Positions 7,984-16,716 of a stretch of DNA of 24,000 bases are shown here, one piece after another (the stretch's first letter is position 1; each line of letters begins with the position of its first letter). This DNA comes from Granulosicoccaceae bacterium (GTDB lineage Bacteria; Pseudomonadota; Gammaproteobacteria; Granulosicoccales; Granulosicoccaceae), in contig OZ244967.1 in NCBI GenBank assembly GCA_965222695.1, forward strand, positions 2,977,782 to 3,001,781, in the 5' to 3' direction. The notes under the pieces were generated by a model that saw only the letters and a list, made by a program, of their open reading frames with translations, was not told the DNA's origin and searched no databases. Both the position numbers and the translations under genes were made by a program.

Positions 7984-9255
7984 TTATTTGTTTTTTCGTT
8001 TTTCCGGTTTGAGTTGTTCTATTGCCTTCGTTTTTTGTATCTCAGTCCACCATTCGCTTCTCTCACGCAATGATTCATTCACATTTGCGCGCAGACACAA
8101 GAAGTCGTAACCCGCCCGAAATCGTGCACTGTTCATCAAGCGAATCGCCCGTTTCTCCACATATCGTTCGAGCCGTGGTTGCATGGCCCATATTTCCCGC
8201 ATTGGCACGGAAAACCTTTTGGGCAGGGAGGTGAAAGTTAACTGTCTCGAAACCACGCGATCCGCCGCGCGAAGTATCGCCGGAACCGGCGGTTCTTCCA
8301 CTATATATTCAGCCGCCAGTTTACGTACCTGCGGCCACAACATCACAGCAAATAAAAAAGCCGGCGTTACGGGTTTACCGGAAAGTATTCTGTCATCGGT
8401 ATTTCTAAGCGCGTAAGTGACGAATTGCTCAAAATTGTCGTCCTTCGCCTTCAGGCTGGCGTCTGCGTCAGGAAATAAATACTTGAGCAAATCCATTTCA
8501 CGCAGTTTTTTCAAACTCTCCTCCGCATGACCGGTATGGAAAAGTTTCAGCACTTCCTCAAACAAACGCGCCGGAGGAATATTTCGAAGTTGACGAGACT
8601 TTTTTTCTATAGCCGCGGCTGTTTGTTGCGCTATGGTGAAATTCAGTTTGGCCGAAAAACGGGCCGCTCGAAGGCAGCGGACAGGATCTTCGGCACAACG
8701 AACATCGGGATCGCCGATAAGACGCAAGGTCCGATTATGCAAATCTTCGATTGCCCCCACATAGTCAATGATCGTATTATCAACATGAGAGTAATACAAA
8801 GCGTTAACTGAAAAGTCCCGTCTCAGTGCATCCTCTTCCATCGAGCCGAAAACATTGTCACGAACTATTCGGCCGCTCTCTTCAACCTCACCGCCTTCTC
8901 CCTGTTGATGATCTGCCCGAAAGGTTGCGACTTCGACCACTTCTCTGCCAAACAGGATATGTGCAAGCCGAAACCTTCTGCCGATCAGACGGCTGTTTTT
9001 GAACAGGGATTTTATTTCTTCAGGGCTGGCGTTTGTTGAGATATCAAAATCCTTCGGTTCCATTTTCAGCAGTAAATCACGTACGCCGCCGCCAACAAGG
9101 TAGGCTTCAAAGCCCGCCTCATTGAGTTTTTCCAGAACTCTTAGCGCATTTCCGCTTATCTTGTGCAACTCTATCTCATGCTCGGATTGCGGAACCAAAT
9201 TCGGATTGTTCAGGATATTGGTCTCACCGATAGAAAGTGGAGTACGAAAAGGCAT
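7984..9255 (-). CDS. pcnB: Poly(A) polymerase I
   Basis: 423 aa. The nucleotidyltransferase motif is AYLVGGGVRDLLL..EPKDFDISTNA, followed by RLIGRRFRLAHILFG.EVVEVATFR, RRDFSVNALYY and a basic C-terminal tail. It lies next to folK. Confidence 0.9.
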   Translation of the reverse strand: MPFRTPLSIGETNILNNPNLVPQSEHEIELHKISGNALRVLEKLNEAGFEAYLVGGGVRDLLLKMEPKDFDISTNASPEEIKSLFKNSRLIGRRFRLAHILFGREVVEVATFRADHQQGEGGEVEESGRIVRDNVFGSMEEDALRRDFSVNALYYSHVDNTIIDYVGAIEDLHNRTLRLIGDPDVRCAEDPVRCLRAARFSAKLNFTIAQQTAAAIEKKSRQLRNIPPARLFEEVLKLFHTGHAEESLKKLREMDLLKYLFPDADASLKAKDDNFEQFVTYALRNTDDRILSGKPVTPAFLFAVMLWPQVRKLAAEYIVEEPPVPAILRAADRVVSRQLTFTSLPKRFSVPMREIWAMQPRLERYVEKRAIRLMNSARFRAGYDFLCLRANVNESLRERSEWWTEIQKTKAIEQLKPEKRKNK

Positions 9256-9381
9256 CAGGAAATTGCGACAGTTTCAATACGCAAGGCGATCCATTCAATC
9301 AAGAAGATTAGCATACACTAATAATACCGACAATTTTCAATCTGTATAGTTTTGTAATTGAGTTTAAATATATTCAAATTA

Positions 9382-9798
9382 TTATTCATTTCTGAGTTTA
9401 TATATTTGTCGTCTTTGTTTTTTATTAGGTTTGCCTTCACTCCGGATTCCGCGTTCCAATATTCTCAGTTCGCGTAAATGCAAGGCGTGTTCTTCTCTTT
9501 TCTTTACACTCTCGAAACTTTCTTTATACAGTTTCCTGGCTTCACTTGCCGGTCCACGCCTGTGACTGATGTCACGTACTACAACATCATACTCGTAATC
9601 GCCGCGACGGATCAGCAGTTTTGCGCCTATATGCACAGGCTTTGACGGCTTGATCCGATTACCGTTTAACTGAACCCTACCGCCGTTTACCGCCTCCGCT
9701 GCAAGGCTTCGGGATTTAAAAAACCGGGCGGCCCAGAGCCATTTGTCGACCCTGATTGATGATTGCATGTCTTGCATTTGCGATTTAGCGGAACACAT
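9382..9798 (-). CDS. hslR: Ribosome-associated heat shock protein Hsp15 (S4 RNA-binding domain)
   Basis: IRVDKWLWAARFFKSRSLAAEAVNGGRVQLNGNRIKPSKPV...RRGPASEARKLYKES.ESVKKREE closely follows the E. coli HslR pattern (RLDKWLWAARFYKTR...). The true start may be one of the downstream Met codons (MQDMQSS). Confidence 0.85.
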   Translation of the reverse strand: MCSAKSQMQDMQSSIRVDKWLWAARFFKSRSLAAEAVNGGRVQLNGNRIKPSKPVHIGAKLLIRRGDYEYDVVVRDISHRRGPASEARKLYKESFESVKKREEHALHLRELRILERGIRSEGKPNKKQRRQIYKLRNE

Positions 9799-9831
9799 AT
9801 AAAAGGATCATTTATTTTCGAATAACCAGTT

Positions 9832-10470
9832 TTAATTACTATTTGGATAAAGCTTTCGATATCGCCTGTAATCGGTTTTCGTGTCTATATCCCACAAATA
9901 CCCATGTATATTGACTTTCCAACCCCGGCTATACGCTGAATTAAGCGTTTGTTTTAATACCGAGGACGTCCCCCAATCCTTGGCGGAAAAAAAAACGTGA
10001 CTAAACGATTTACCTGCAATCAGCACATATCCGCCATCTTCTGCAGCTACCAGTTCAAGCTGCCGAATGGCCAAATACTCTTCAACTTGTAATATTCGAT
10101 TGCAATCCAAATCAGGACAATCTGTTCCGATCAGTATGACCGAACCATGGCGCAGAAGGCCAAACTGAAAGGCAAAAGCCATGCGCTCTCCAAGATTCTT
10201 GCCTTTTTGCAACCTAAACCCCAGCCGGGGATAGGCGGTCAATAGTTGCCGGTAGAAAGGCATTTCCGCCGAACTATCTCCCCACAATTCCATGCGAAAA
10301 TGTGCGGGCAGCTTTGTAAATTTTTTGACACATTTCCTGACAAGACTTGCATGAAGCTCGGCTGCTTCAACCGGGCTTAGTACTTCATGCAACCGCGTTT
10401 TTACCATTCCTGCAGTCGGATATTTTGCAAAGATTTGTAATACCGGTAATGCAGCCCTAGTTCTCAGCAT
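9832..10470 (-). CDS. DUF2064 / TIGR04282-like glycosyltransferase-fold protein (partner of ArsS-type clusters)
   Basis: LQIFAKYPTAGMVKTRL at the N-terminus, then ...ILIGTDCPDL and GGYVLIAG, are characteristic of DUF2064 as I recall it. The track ORF starts at TTG 10506. ATG 10470 (MLRTRAALPVLQIFAKYP) is more plausible and still overlaps the upstream stop by 14 nt. Confidence 0.6.
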   Translation of the reverse strand: MLRTRAALPVLQIFAKYPTAGMVKTRLHEVLSPVEAAELHASLVRKCVKKFTKLPAHFRMELWGDSSAEMPFYRQLLTAYPRLGFRLQKGKNLGERMAFAFQFGLLRHGSVILIGTDCPDLDCNRILQVEEYLAIRQLELVAAEDGGYVLIAGKSFSHVFFSAKDWGTSSVLKQTLNSAYSRGWKVNIHGYLWDIDTKTDYRRYRKLYPNSN

Positions 10471-11206
10471 AGTACCAATGGTGCAATCGATCGGGATTGA
10501 TGCCAATAAAATATAAAAATCGGATCATCCACATTTTAATTACCGTTCTAAAAACACCGTTTTGCTCCCAACGCCGGGCCGATGTAGTCACTCTGACCTT
10601 CAGACACAGCGGGTGAGTTCGCTTTCTCAATTTCTTGCTGATCCCTATATCTTCCATCAAAGCTATCTCTGGGTAGCCACCACATTGTTCGAACAGTGAC
10701 CGACTGACGAAGATCGCCTGATCACCGGTGACAACGCCGGTCCAACAGGAGCGCAGATTCATCATAAAGGAAATAATCCGAAAAATGATCGCTTCGTTCT
10801 GTATACGGATATTACACCTGCCCCATGACAGGTCGGATGTCTTCAGGCAGGCTGCCAGAATCGCACGATCTGCAAATTCGGGAACGCGGGAATCGGCATG
10901 AAGAAACCAGAGGATTTTATGCCTCGCCTGCTGAGCACCGCGATTCATTTGAGTCGCCCTTCCTTTATGATGACGAATGACTTCGTTACTAATGGAAAGT
11001 GCAACTTCAATACTGCCATCGATACTGCCGCCATCGACAATGATGATTTGATGCCCGCGCCGCTTCAGCATCAGCAAATCTTCTGCCATAACCCGTAGCG
11101 CCGCCTCATCATTTAGTACGGGCACAATCACACTGAGTTGTTGCGGAAAATCAGAATCAACCGAGCGCGCCACCACAACTTGACCCCTGCCCCGCAGTAC
11201 AGGCAT
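10457..11206 (-). CDS. Family 2 glycosyltransferase (TIGR04283-like, ArsS-cluster associated)
   Basis: 249 aa. LSVIVPVLNDEAAL......IIIVDGGSIDGS....... is the GT-A/GT2 N-terminal signature, and LWFLHADS is the downstream acidic motif. ATG at 11206 overlaps the arsS 3' end by 50 nt. In-frame GTG codons at 11176/11173 would shorten the overlap. Confidence 0.7.
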   Translation of the reverse strand: MPVLRGRGQVVVARSVDSDFPQQLSVIVPVLNDEAALRVMAEDLLMLKRRGHQIIIVDGGSIDGSIEVALSISNEVIRHHKGRATQMNRGAQQARHKILWFLHADSRVPEFADRAILAACLKTSDLSWGRCNIRIQNEAIIFRIISFMMNLRSCWTGVVTGDQAIFVSRSLFEQCGGYPEIALMEDIGISKKLRKRTHPLCLKVRVTTSARRWEQNGVFRTVIKMWMIRFLYFIGINPDRLHHWYYAEN

Positions 11207-12113
11207 AGCAATGATCGGCTATAGCTATGGGTGACCCCGCATGAATTCCGCCGCTTAATTCGCTGATATGCTGTAAACGACCTCCGCCGGCCGGCATTTT
11301 TAACATCTGGTTGAAATCACAGTCGTATACATATCCTTGATAATCCACACTGATCGTGTTTCTACACATCACAGCCTCTAAATTGGATTCGCAATGCGAT
11401 GACTTCAGCAAATCCATGTACTCATGGAACTGTCCTTTCGAAACCAAGGTACTGCCGAATCGATGAATCGGCAGATTAGCCAATGCCAGTAAACGGTTGA
11501 AGCGAATACCGTGGTTTTCCTCTAAATAGCTCTTGTAATCAGCTTCCAGGCCAGCTTGCGGAGGTGGCAGCACAGGACCCTGAGGGTTATAAACCAGGTC
11601 CAGCGATAGTTCGCTGCCCGGCAGCCCATAACCGACGCCATTAAGTTTCTTTAAACCCCGAATACTCCTTTCATAGACCCCCTTACCCCTTTGTGAGTTG
11701 ACGTTATCTTCGAGATAACACGGCAGGGATGCCACGATATCGACACCCGAATCAGACAAATACTCGGCCAGCTGCTCCTGCCCCGGTTCGAGCAATACGG
11801 TTAGATTACAACGATCGATGACACGGCAACCTTTACGTTTACCGGCCTCAACCAGGGGTTTGAATTGTTTATGCAACTCGGGAGCGCCGCCTGTAAGATC
11901 GATGGTTTGCACATCTGATTCCTCTAAAAACCGGATGATTTGATCGGCAGTTTTTTTATCCATCATTTCGGTGCGCTTCGGCCCTGCATTGACATGGCAG
12001 TGAAGGCAGCTTTGATTGCAGTAGTATCCGAGATTGATCTGGAGAATCTCTAAAGCGGAACGCCTGATGGGAGGAAAGTCGGTTTTTTCCAACAAAGGAA
12101 AGGTCGGGTACAT
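11157..12113 (-). CDS. arsS: Radical SAM / Cys-rich C-terminal domain protein of the ArsS family
   Basis: 318 aa. The radical SAM cluster motif is CNQSCLHC (CxxxCxxC) in LQINLGYYCNQSCLHCHVNAGP. TIDLTGGAPELH follows. The C-terminal Cys-rich tail is YDCDFNQ...DHCYACTAGQGSSCGGAL. This matches my recollection of the ArsS / TIGR04167 family. This copy has Cys throughout, with no in-frame TGA. Confidence 0.75.
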   Translation of the reverse strand: MYPTFPLLEKTDFPPIRRSALEILQINLGYYCNQSCLHCHVNAGPKRTEMMDKKTADQIIRFLEESDVQTIDLTGGAPELHKQFKPLVEAGKRKGCRVIDRCNLTVLLEPGQEQLAEYLSDSGVDIVASLPCYLEDNVNSQRGKGVYERSIRGLKKLNGVGYGLPGSELSLDLVYNPQGPVLPPPQAGLEADYKSYLEENHGIRFNRLLALANLPIHRFGSTLVSKGQFHEYMDLLKSSHCESNLEAVMCRNTISVDYQGYVYDCDFNQMLKMPAGGGRLQHISELSGGIHAGSPIAIADHCYACTAGQGSSCGGALG

Positions 12114-12204
12114 GCTCTATTAACCTCTATGCCGTCTTGATGGTTTTCATATTTCTACAAACCCACAGCTTTCTACGGGACAGCGGACAACTGCAGACAT
12201 CTGT

Positions 12205-13011
12205 TCAATTCTTATTCAAAGGCGCTTTTAGCAGAAACAGAAATTCCGTCACGCCGGAATTGCCATGAAATTTTTTGAGTCCGATACTCATGCTGGCATG
12301 TTCCAACCGAGGTTGTTCCTTCCAGCTTGAAAATAGCCGATCCCACAGACTTAGATTGAACCCGAAATTACAGTTTTGTTCCGCATGATCGGTAGAATGG
12401 TGAATCCGATGGACATCCGGGGTGACCAACAACAAACGAAGCACCCTGTCTAACGGCAAAGGAATATAAAAATTGCCATGATTGAACAAGGCCATCGCGT
12501 TGAGAATAATTTCAAACAGTATCACGGCGGCGGCAGGGGCTCCGATCAAAATGATTACCGCGGCTTTGTAGAGCCAGGAAAGCAGGATTTCCAATGGGTG
12601 GAATCTCAGGCCGGTCGTGGTATCAAAATCCGGATCAGCATGATGCACCTGGTGAAGTCGCCACAGAATCGACACACTGTGGGCCAGACGGTGTTGGACA
12701 TAGACGGCCAAATCCAAAAGCACAATCGCGAGAATCATCTCGATGGAAACGGACAGATCCAGCCAGTTAAACAAACCCCAGGCATTCTCTGCCGCCACAG
12801 CCGCTACACCGACAGCTGCAACGGGGAACAGAATCCGCAATAAAACGCTGTTGAATACGACTAGTGAGAGATTGGTCAACCAGCGTTTGGACCTGGGCAC
12901 ACTCAACCTTCGGCGCGGCCAGCGAAACTCCAGCCCCATGACCAGTGCCAGCACACCGAAAAACGCTGCCATCCTGAGCAGAACTTCATTATCGGAAAGG
13001 AAAGAACTCAA
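12205..13011 (-). CDS. Fatty acid hydroxylase / sterol desaturase family integral membrane protein
   Basis: 268 aa with multiple TM helices. It carries the three His boxes of the di-iron membrane hydroxylase family: HRLAH, HQVHH, HRIHH. The start is uncertain, TTG at 13011 or ATG at 12972. Confidence 0.8.
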   Translation of the reverse strand: MSSFLSDNEVLLRMAAFFGVLALVMGLEFRWPRRRLSVPRSKRWLTNLSLVVFNSVLLRILFPVAAVGVAAVAAENAWGLFNWLDLSVSIEMILAIVLLDLAVYVQHRLAHSVSILWRLHQVHHADPDFDTTTGLRFHPLEILLSWLYKAAVIILIGAPAAAVILFEIILNAMALFNHGNFYIPLPLDRVLRLLLVTPDVHRIHHSTDHAEQNCNFGFNLSLWDRLFSSWKEQPRLEHASMSIGLKKFHGNSGVTEFLFLLKAPLNKN

Positions 13012-13032
13012 TCAACCCAGTCCTGAAGTAAT

Positions 13033-13066
13033 CTGTTTGCTATGCGGCTATACTGCGAGCAAACAG
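13033..13066. promoter_or_regulatory. Perfect 9-bp inverted repeat (ctgtttgct N16 agcaaacag) in the divergent promoter region; candidate operator
   Basis: Seen directly: arms at 13033-13041 and 13058-13066. A tatact hexamer (13049-13054) lies in the spacer. The repeat sits between the divergently transcribed hydroxylase-family gene and ycgL. Confidence 0.35.
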
Positions 13067-13085
13067 CTAAAAGGTTTAAACACTG

Positions 13086-13373
13086 ATGCATTGTTATGTC
13101 TATAGGAGCCTTAAGAAAAAGGGACTCTATGTGTATATACCCGTTAAAGGGGATTTTACCTCACTCTCCCCGGCAATAAAAAAGGCCGCCGGAGAGCTTG
13201 AGTTCACGCTGGAACTTGAATTGGACGAGAACCGCAAACTGGCCAGTGAAGATCCCATCAAAGTTATACAGAATATAGAAAATAATGGTTTTCATATCCA
13301 GATGCCATCGGATATAGAACCGGTTTTGGCTGCGATATCACAAGCCCACGGGATCCAGGGGCCGCCAGAATAG
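13086..13373 (+). CDS. ycgL: YcgL-domain (DUF709) protein
   Basis: 95 aa. CYVYRSLKKKGLYVYIPVKGDFTSLSPAI...G......LELELDENRKLASEDPIKVIQNIENNGFHIQMP parallels E. coli YcgL ([29 protein letters not shown]...LDGRKKLVNADIEKVKQALTEQGYYLQLP). Confidence 0.8.
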   Translation: MHCYVYRSLKKKGLYVYIPVKGDFTSLSPAIKKAAGELEFTLELELDENRKLASEDPIKVIQNIENNGFHIQMPSDIEPVLAAISQAHGIQGPPE

Positions 13374-13385
13374 GAATTTTGACTG

Positions 13386-14171
13386 GTGAAACCTTCATTA
13401 AAGCACAGCTTCGGCTTCCGGCCAGTCAGCGAGCAGGAACGCGAATCCAGAATCCGCGATGTTTTTGAGAAAGTGGCCAAGCGTTATGACCTGATGAACG
13501 ACGCGATGAGTTTCGGTATCCATCGTCTGTGGAAGCGGAAAATGGTTCGGATGGCGGACGCCGGTCCGAATGAATTGGTACTGGATGTCGCTGCCGGAAC
13601 CGGTGATGTCGCTAAACGAATTGCAAAATCAGGTTGCACTGTTTACCTCGTGGATCCAAGCTCTGCGATGATGATGGCGGGAAGATCAGGGCATGGCTTG
13701 CAATGTATTGCATCCAGTGCGGAACAATTGGCCTTGCAGGACCATTCGGCAGATAGAATTACCATTGCTTTCGGCATAAGGAACACAACCGATATGGAAT
13801 CGGCGCTGACAGAAATCTACCGAGTTCTCAAACCCGGTGGGAAATGCATAGTCTTAGAGTTTTCAACGCCGGTTTGGTGGCTCAAACCTTTCTACGATCT
13901 CTATTCTTTTTACGTTATACCTCGATTAGGCGCATGGATTGCCAGAGAAAAGGCCGCCTATCAGTACCTGATCGAATCCATTCGAAAATTCCCCGATCAA
14001 AACGAGTTCAGAGACATCATGCGATTCATTGGTTTTGCGGATGTCAGTTACACCAACCTATCCTTCGGTATCGCCTGCATCCATATCGGTAATAAACCTG
14101 GCGATGCCCATGCCCGGTCACAACGACAACAGGTAAGCAATTCCGAACAAAAAGAAAAACCGCCCGGTTAA
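13386..14171 (+). CDS. ubiE: Ubiquinone/menaquinone biosynthesis C-methyltransferase UbiE/MenG, with an unusual low-complexity C-terminal extension
   Basis: The start is GTG. HSFGFRPVSEQERESRIRDVFEKVAKRYDLMNDAMSFGIHRLWKR...VLDVAAGTGDVA...AFGIRNTTD...EIYRVLKPGGKCIVLEFS...YDLYSFYVIPRLG.....KAAYQYLIESIRKFP are canonical UbiE motifs. About 24 residues follow the usual ...IHIGNK end and overlap the convergent gene. Confidence 0.85.
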   Translation: MKPSLKHSFGFRPVSEQERESRIRDVFEKVAKRYDLMNDAMSFGIHRLWKRKMVRMADAGPNELVLDVAAGTGDVAKRIAKSGCTVYLVDPSSAMMMAGRSGHGLQCIASSAEQLALQDHSADRITIAFGIRNTTDMESALTEIYRVLKPGGKCIVLEFSTPVWWLKPFYDLYSFYVIPRLGAWIAREKAAYQYLIESIRKFPDQNEFRDIMRFIGFADVSYTNLSFGIACIHIGNKPGDAHARSQRQQVSNSEQKEKPPG

Positions 14172-14966
14172 GGGCGTAAGTTGCTTGCGCTGACGGGCAT
14201 TCAAATAGCGGCTGATCGGTATGAGCAAAGGCAACGGCAGGAGCAGCCACCATAGCTGCTCCAAAGCGCCTTGCCATAGTAAAAGCAAGGCAATCACATA
14301 GGCCAGGCTGATTAAGATCCAGTAGAGCAATACCGCATTGTCGTAACCGATTCGAACCGTCAGGGTGCGGACCCGGTTGCGCCTGTCAAGCTCCCAGTCC
14401 CGCAACTCATTACTCAACAAAAGCAAGGACACCAACAGACTGACCGGAATGGATAACTCCACGGCTTGCAATGATAAAGTGCCACTCATACTCATATAGG
14501 CTCCCTGCACCAGTACTATTCCCATCAGGATAAAGACCTGAACCACCGCCAGACCTCTGTGTTTGAAGTTCAAGGGGCCCATATTGTAGTTCAGAGCCAG
14601 GACCGCCGAAGCAAAAATCAGCAGCAGCAAGGGCCAGCCTCTTAAGTACACCAAATAGGCGGCAATCAAGGCGGATAAAGAAAAACACAAGAGTCCAGCC
14701 AAAGCATTTTGAATGATCAATTGCCGGCTTTTATCGCTATCGCAAGCCTCAGAAGCAGAAAAGAATTTGAGATCTTCCAAATCATTGATCAGGTTTATAC
14801 CCGCTTGGGCCAATACAGCGCCCAATAGCACAATAACCGCCAGCGCCGGATTGTCGAAACCTTCCCGCCAGGCCAGAACTATCCCGATTCCGGATGAAAC
14901 GACGGATACCCCCAATGAAAAGGGCCTCAGGGATCTGATAAATCTATACTGCTCCGGCGCTTTCAC
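14118..14966 (-). CDS. UbiA-superfamily aromatic prenyltransferase, MenA-like
   Basis: 282 aa with about 8-9 TM helices. The first Asp-rich motif is GINLINDLEDL (compare MenA N..NDY.D). The second motif is SNELRDWELDRRNRVRTLTV (compare NN.RD...D...GK.TL). The start is GTG at 14966. The substrate cannot be assigned from sequence alone. Confidence 0.65.
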   Translation of the reverse strand: MKAPEQYRFIRSLRPFSLGVSVVSSGIGIVLAWREGFDNPALAVIVLLGAVLAQAGINLINDLEDLKFFSASEACDSDKSRQLIIQNALAGLLCFSLSALIAAYLVYLRGWPLLLLIFASAVLALNYNMGPLNFKHRGLAVVQVFILMGIVLVQGAYMSMSGTLSLQAVELSIPVSLLVSLLLLSNELRDWELDRRNRVRTLTVRIGYDNAVLLYWILISLAYVIALLLLWQGALEQLWWLLLPLPLLIPISRYLNARQRKQLTPLTGRFFFLFGIAYLLSL

Positions 14967-15813
14967 GGCGATCCACCCAAACCAATAATAAGACAGGCAC
15001 CAGCATCATCAAACCATACATCACCGGCACTATGGACATTGTGGGATTAAGCAGCACTCCCTCAGTCACCAATAATGCCATTCCACCGTTTTGCATACCA
15101 ACTTCTATCGCTATGGTCTTTTGCCGGGAATAATTCAAACCGGCCATCTTCGCCAGAGCAAATCCGCAGACTACGGCCATCAGTAACATCAGAGAGATCG
15201 GAGTTCCCACCTGTGATAAAAACACCGGCATGTTTATCCAATGTTCGACGATGATGAGCAGGATCACCACACTGAACATGGCAGTGGCCAGTCGGCTTAA
15301 TTTCGGTTGGGAACGAACGGCCAATCGGGGAAAATAGCGCCTGCTCAGCATGCCCAGAATCAATGGTATCAACATGACCAGTATTAAACGCATCATGGTC
15401 AATACTACGGGGAAATCAACCGATGAAACAGTATCACCAAAATATTGCAGTGCTTGAGATGTCAGCAAGGGCAGGCTGAACGGGGTAATTAAACTGGCAA
15501 CAGCAGTCAGGCTGACCGACAAGGCGACATCGCCTCTGACAAGGTCGGAAAATAAATTGCTGGTCGTACCGCCTGGACTGAAACTCAGTATCAACAGCCC
15601 TATCGCCAGGGCACCGGAAAGTCCCGTCAAGTAAATGACAAGCAAGGCGACAAGCGGAACAAGGACTAATTGGCCAAAAATTCCTATGGTAAATGCCTGA
15701 GGCTGCTGAAATACCCGGCTGAAATCCGAAGCCTCCAATTTCAAGCCTAAACTGACCATAATCATGATCAGCGATATTGGCAACGCGAATTTGATGACTA
15801 AAGCCAATTCCAT
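14944..15813 (-). CDS. Bile acid:sodium symporter (BASS/SBF) family transporter
   Basis: 289 aa and polytopic. LILSFSPGGTTSNLFSDLVRGDVALSVSLTAVASL and EVGMQNGGMALLV resemble the two conserved BASS core motifs. Confidence 0.75.
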   Translation of the reverse strand: MELALVIKFALPISLIMIMVSLGLKLEASDFSRVFQQPQAFTIGIFGQLVLVPLVALLVIYLTGLSGALAIGLLILSFSPGGTTSNLFSDLVRGDVALSVSLTAVASLITPFSLPLLTSQALQYFGDTVSSVDFPVVLTMMRLILVMLIPLILGMLSRRYFPRLAVRSQPKLSRLATAMFSVVILLIIVEHWINMPVFLSQVGTPISLMLLMAVVCGFALAKMAGLNYSRQKTIAIEVGMQNGGMALLVTEGVLLNPTMSIVPVMYGLMMLVPVLLLVWVDRRESAGAV

Positions 15814-15873
15814 GTATTAAGCTAACCCCGCTATTCAATTTTCCGGTCCCTCGTATCTTCAGTTCGGAGACCT

Positions 15874-16716
15874 CTAAGGCAAATCGCTTCTGCGGAAAAT
15901 TCTATAACCAAACCAGGCAAAGAGAATACCCAGCAAAGATGGATAAGCGATTGCCCAGAATATATATCCGGAACGGCCAAAGTTGTCCAGAATAAGATAA
16001 GCGGATGGCCCCAGTAACACCAACTGCGGGTCAAACAACATCATCGCCGCCGTTCGGAAAACCTGTAGAGGATTGACCAGCGCTATGCCCACTATGGTTT
16101 CAACCGCCATTGCTTCCTTGACCATAACTCCCAGCAGAATCAAATCGAGAAACAGCAGCAGAAAAAGCCAGACCAGGAATGCGGCACCCTGGGCAACATC
16201 AGTCGATCTTGCCACGGATGAAATAAACATACCCAAACCGAGAAAACAACAGGTCAGGGCAACAAGAAAAGCTGTATACCATGTTATCTGCAACCACGGT
16301 ACAGCTGCTCCTTTCCCAGAGGCCCATATCACGGCCATGACCATGGCTAAAATCACAGGTGAAAATACAACAACGAAACGGCCCGCGATCTTTCCCCAAT
16401 ACCAGGCACCCAGACTGACGGGTAAAGAAAGCATATACTCATAAATACCGGATTCCCTGTCTCCCGCGACCGAACGAACCGTTGAAATCAATACAAACAG
16501 CGGCAACACCGCCATGGATATCTGCAAGTAAGTAACCAGTAATCGGGATAAGCCCGTAAAGCCCATCACCCGGGATTCAGTCAGTCCGGTGAGAAATAGT
16601 CCGACGATAATTCCGCCGAATACAAGGCTGTAAACCAAAAACCAGCGCGCACGTAAAGACTCGGCAATATCGACTCTCGCTGTAAGCACTAACTGATTCA
16701 TATCATGCCGTCTCAA
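15874..16716 (-). CDS. nosY: ABC-2 type permease NosY
   Basis: 280 aa with six predicted TM helices. It sits in a nosF/nosL/nosD context. The start is either TTG 16716, overlapping the nosL stop, or ATG 16701 (MNQLVLTARV). Confidence 0.75.
   Translation of the reverse strand: MRRHDMNQLVLTARVDIAESLRARWFLVYSLVFGGIIVGLFLTGLTESRVMGFTGLSRLLVTYLQISMAVLPLFVLISTVRSVAGDRESGIYEYMLSLPVSLGAWYWGKIAGRFVVVFSPVILAMVMAVIWASGKGAAVPWLQITWYTAFLVALTCCFLGLGMFISSVARSTDVAQGAAFLVWLFLLLFLDLILLGVMVKEAMAVETIVGIALVNPLQVFRTAAMMLFDPQLVLLGPSAYLILDNFGRSGYIFWAIAYPSLLGILFAWFGYRIFRRSDLP

Noticed and set aside
11157-12113. Possibility that this ArsS is a selenoprotein (the family has Sec-containing members)
   Set aside because: The ORF is uninterrupted and the C-terminal Cys-rich motif (CYACTAGQGSSCGG) is encoded with Cys codons. 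No in-frame TGA or downstream extension was seen.
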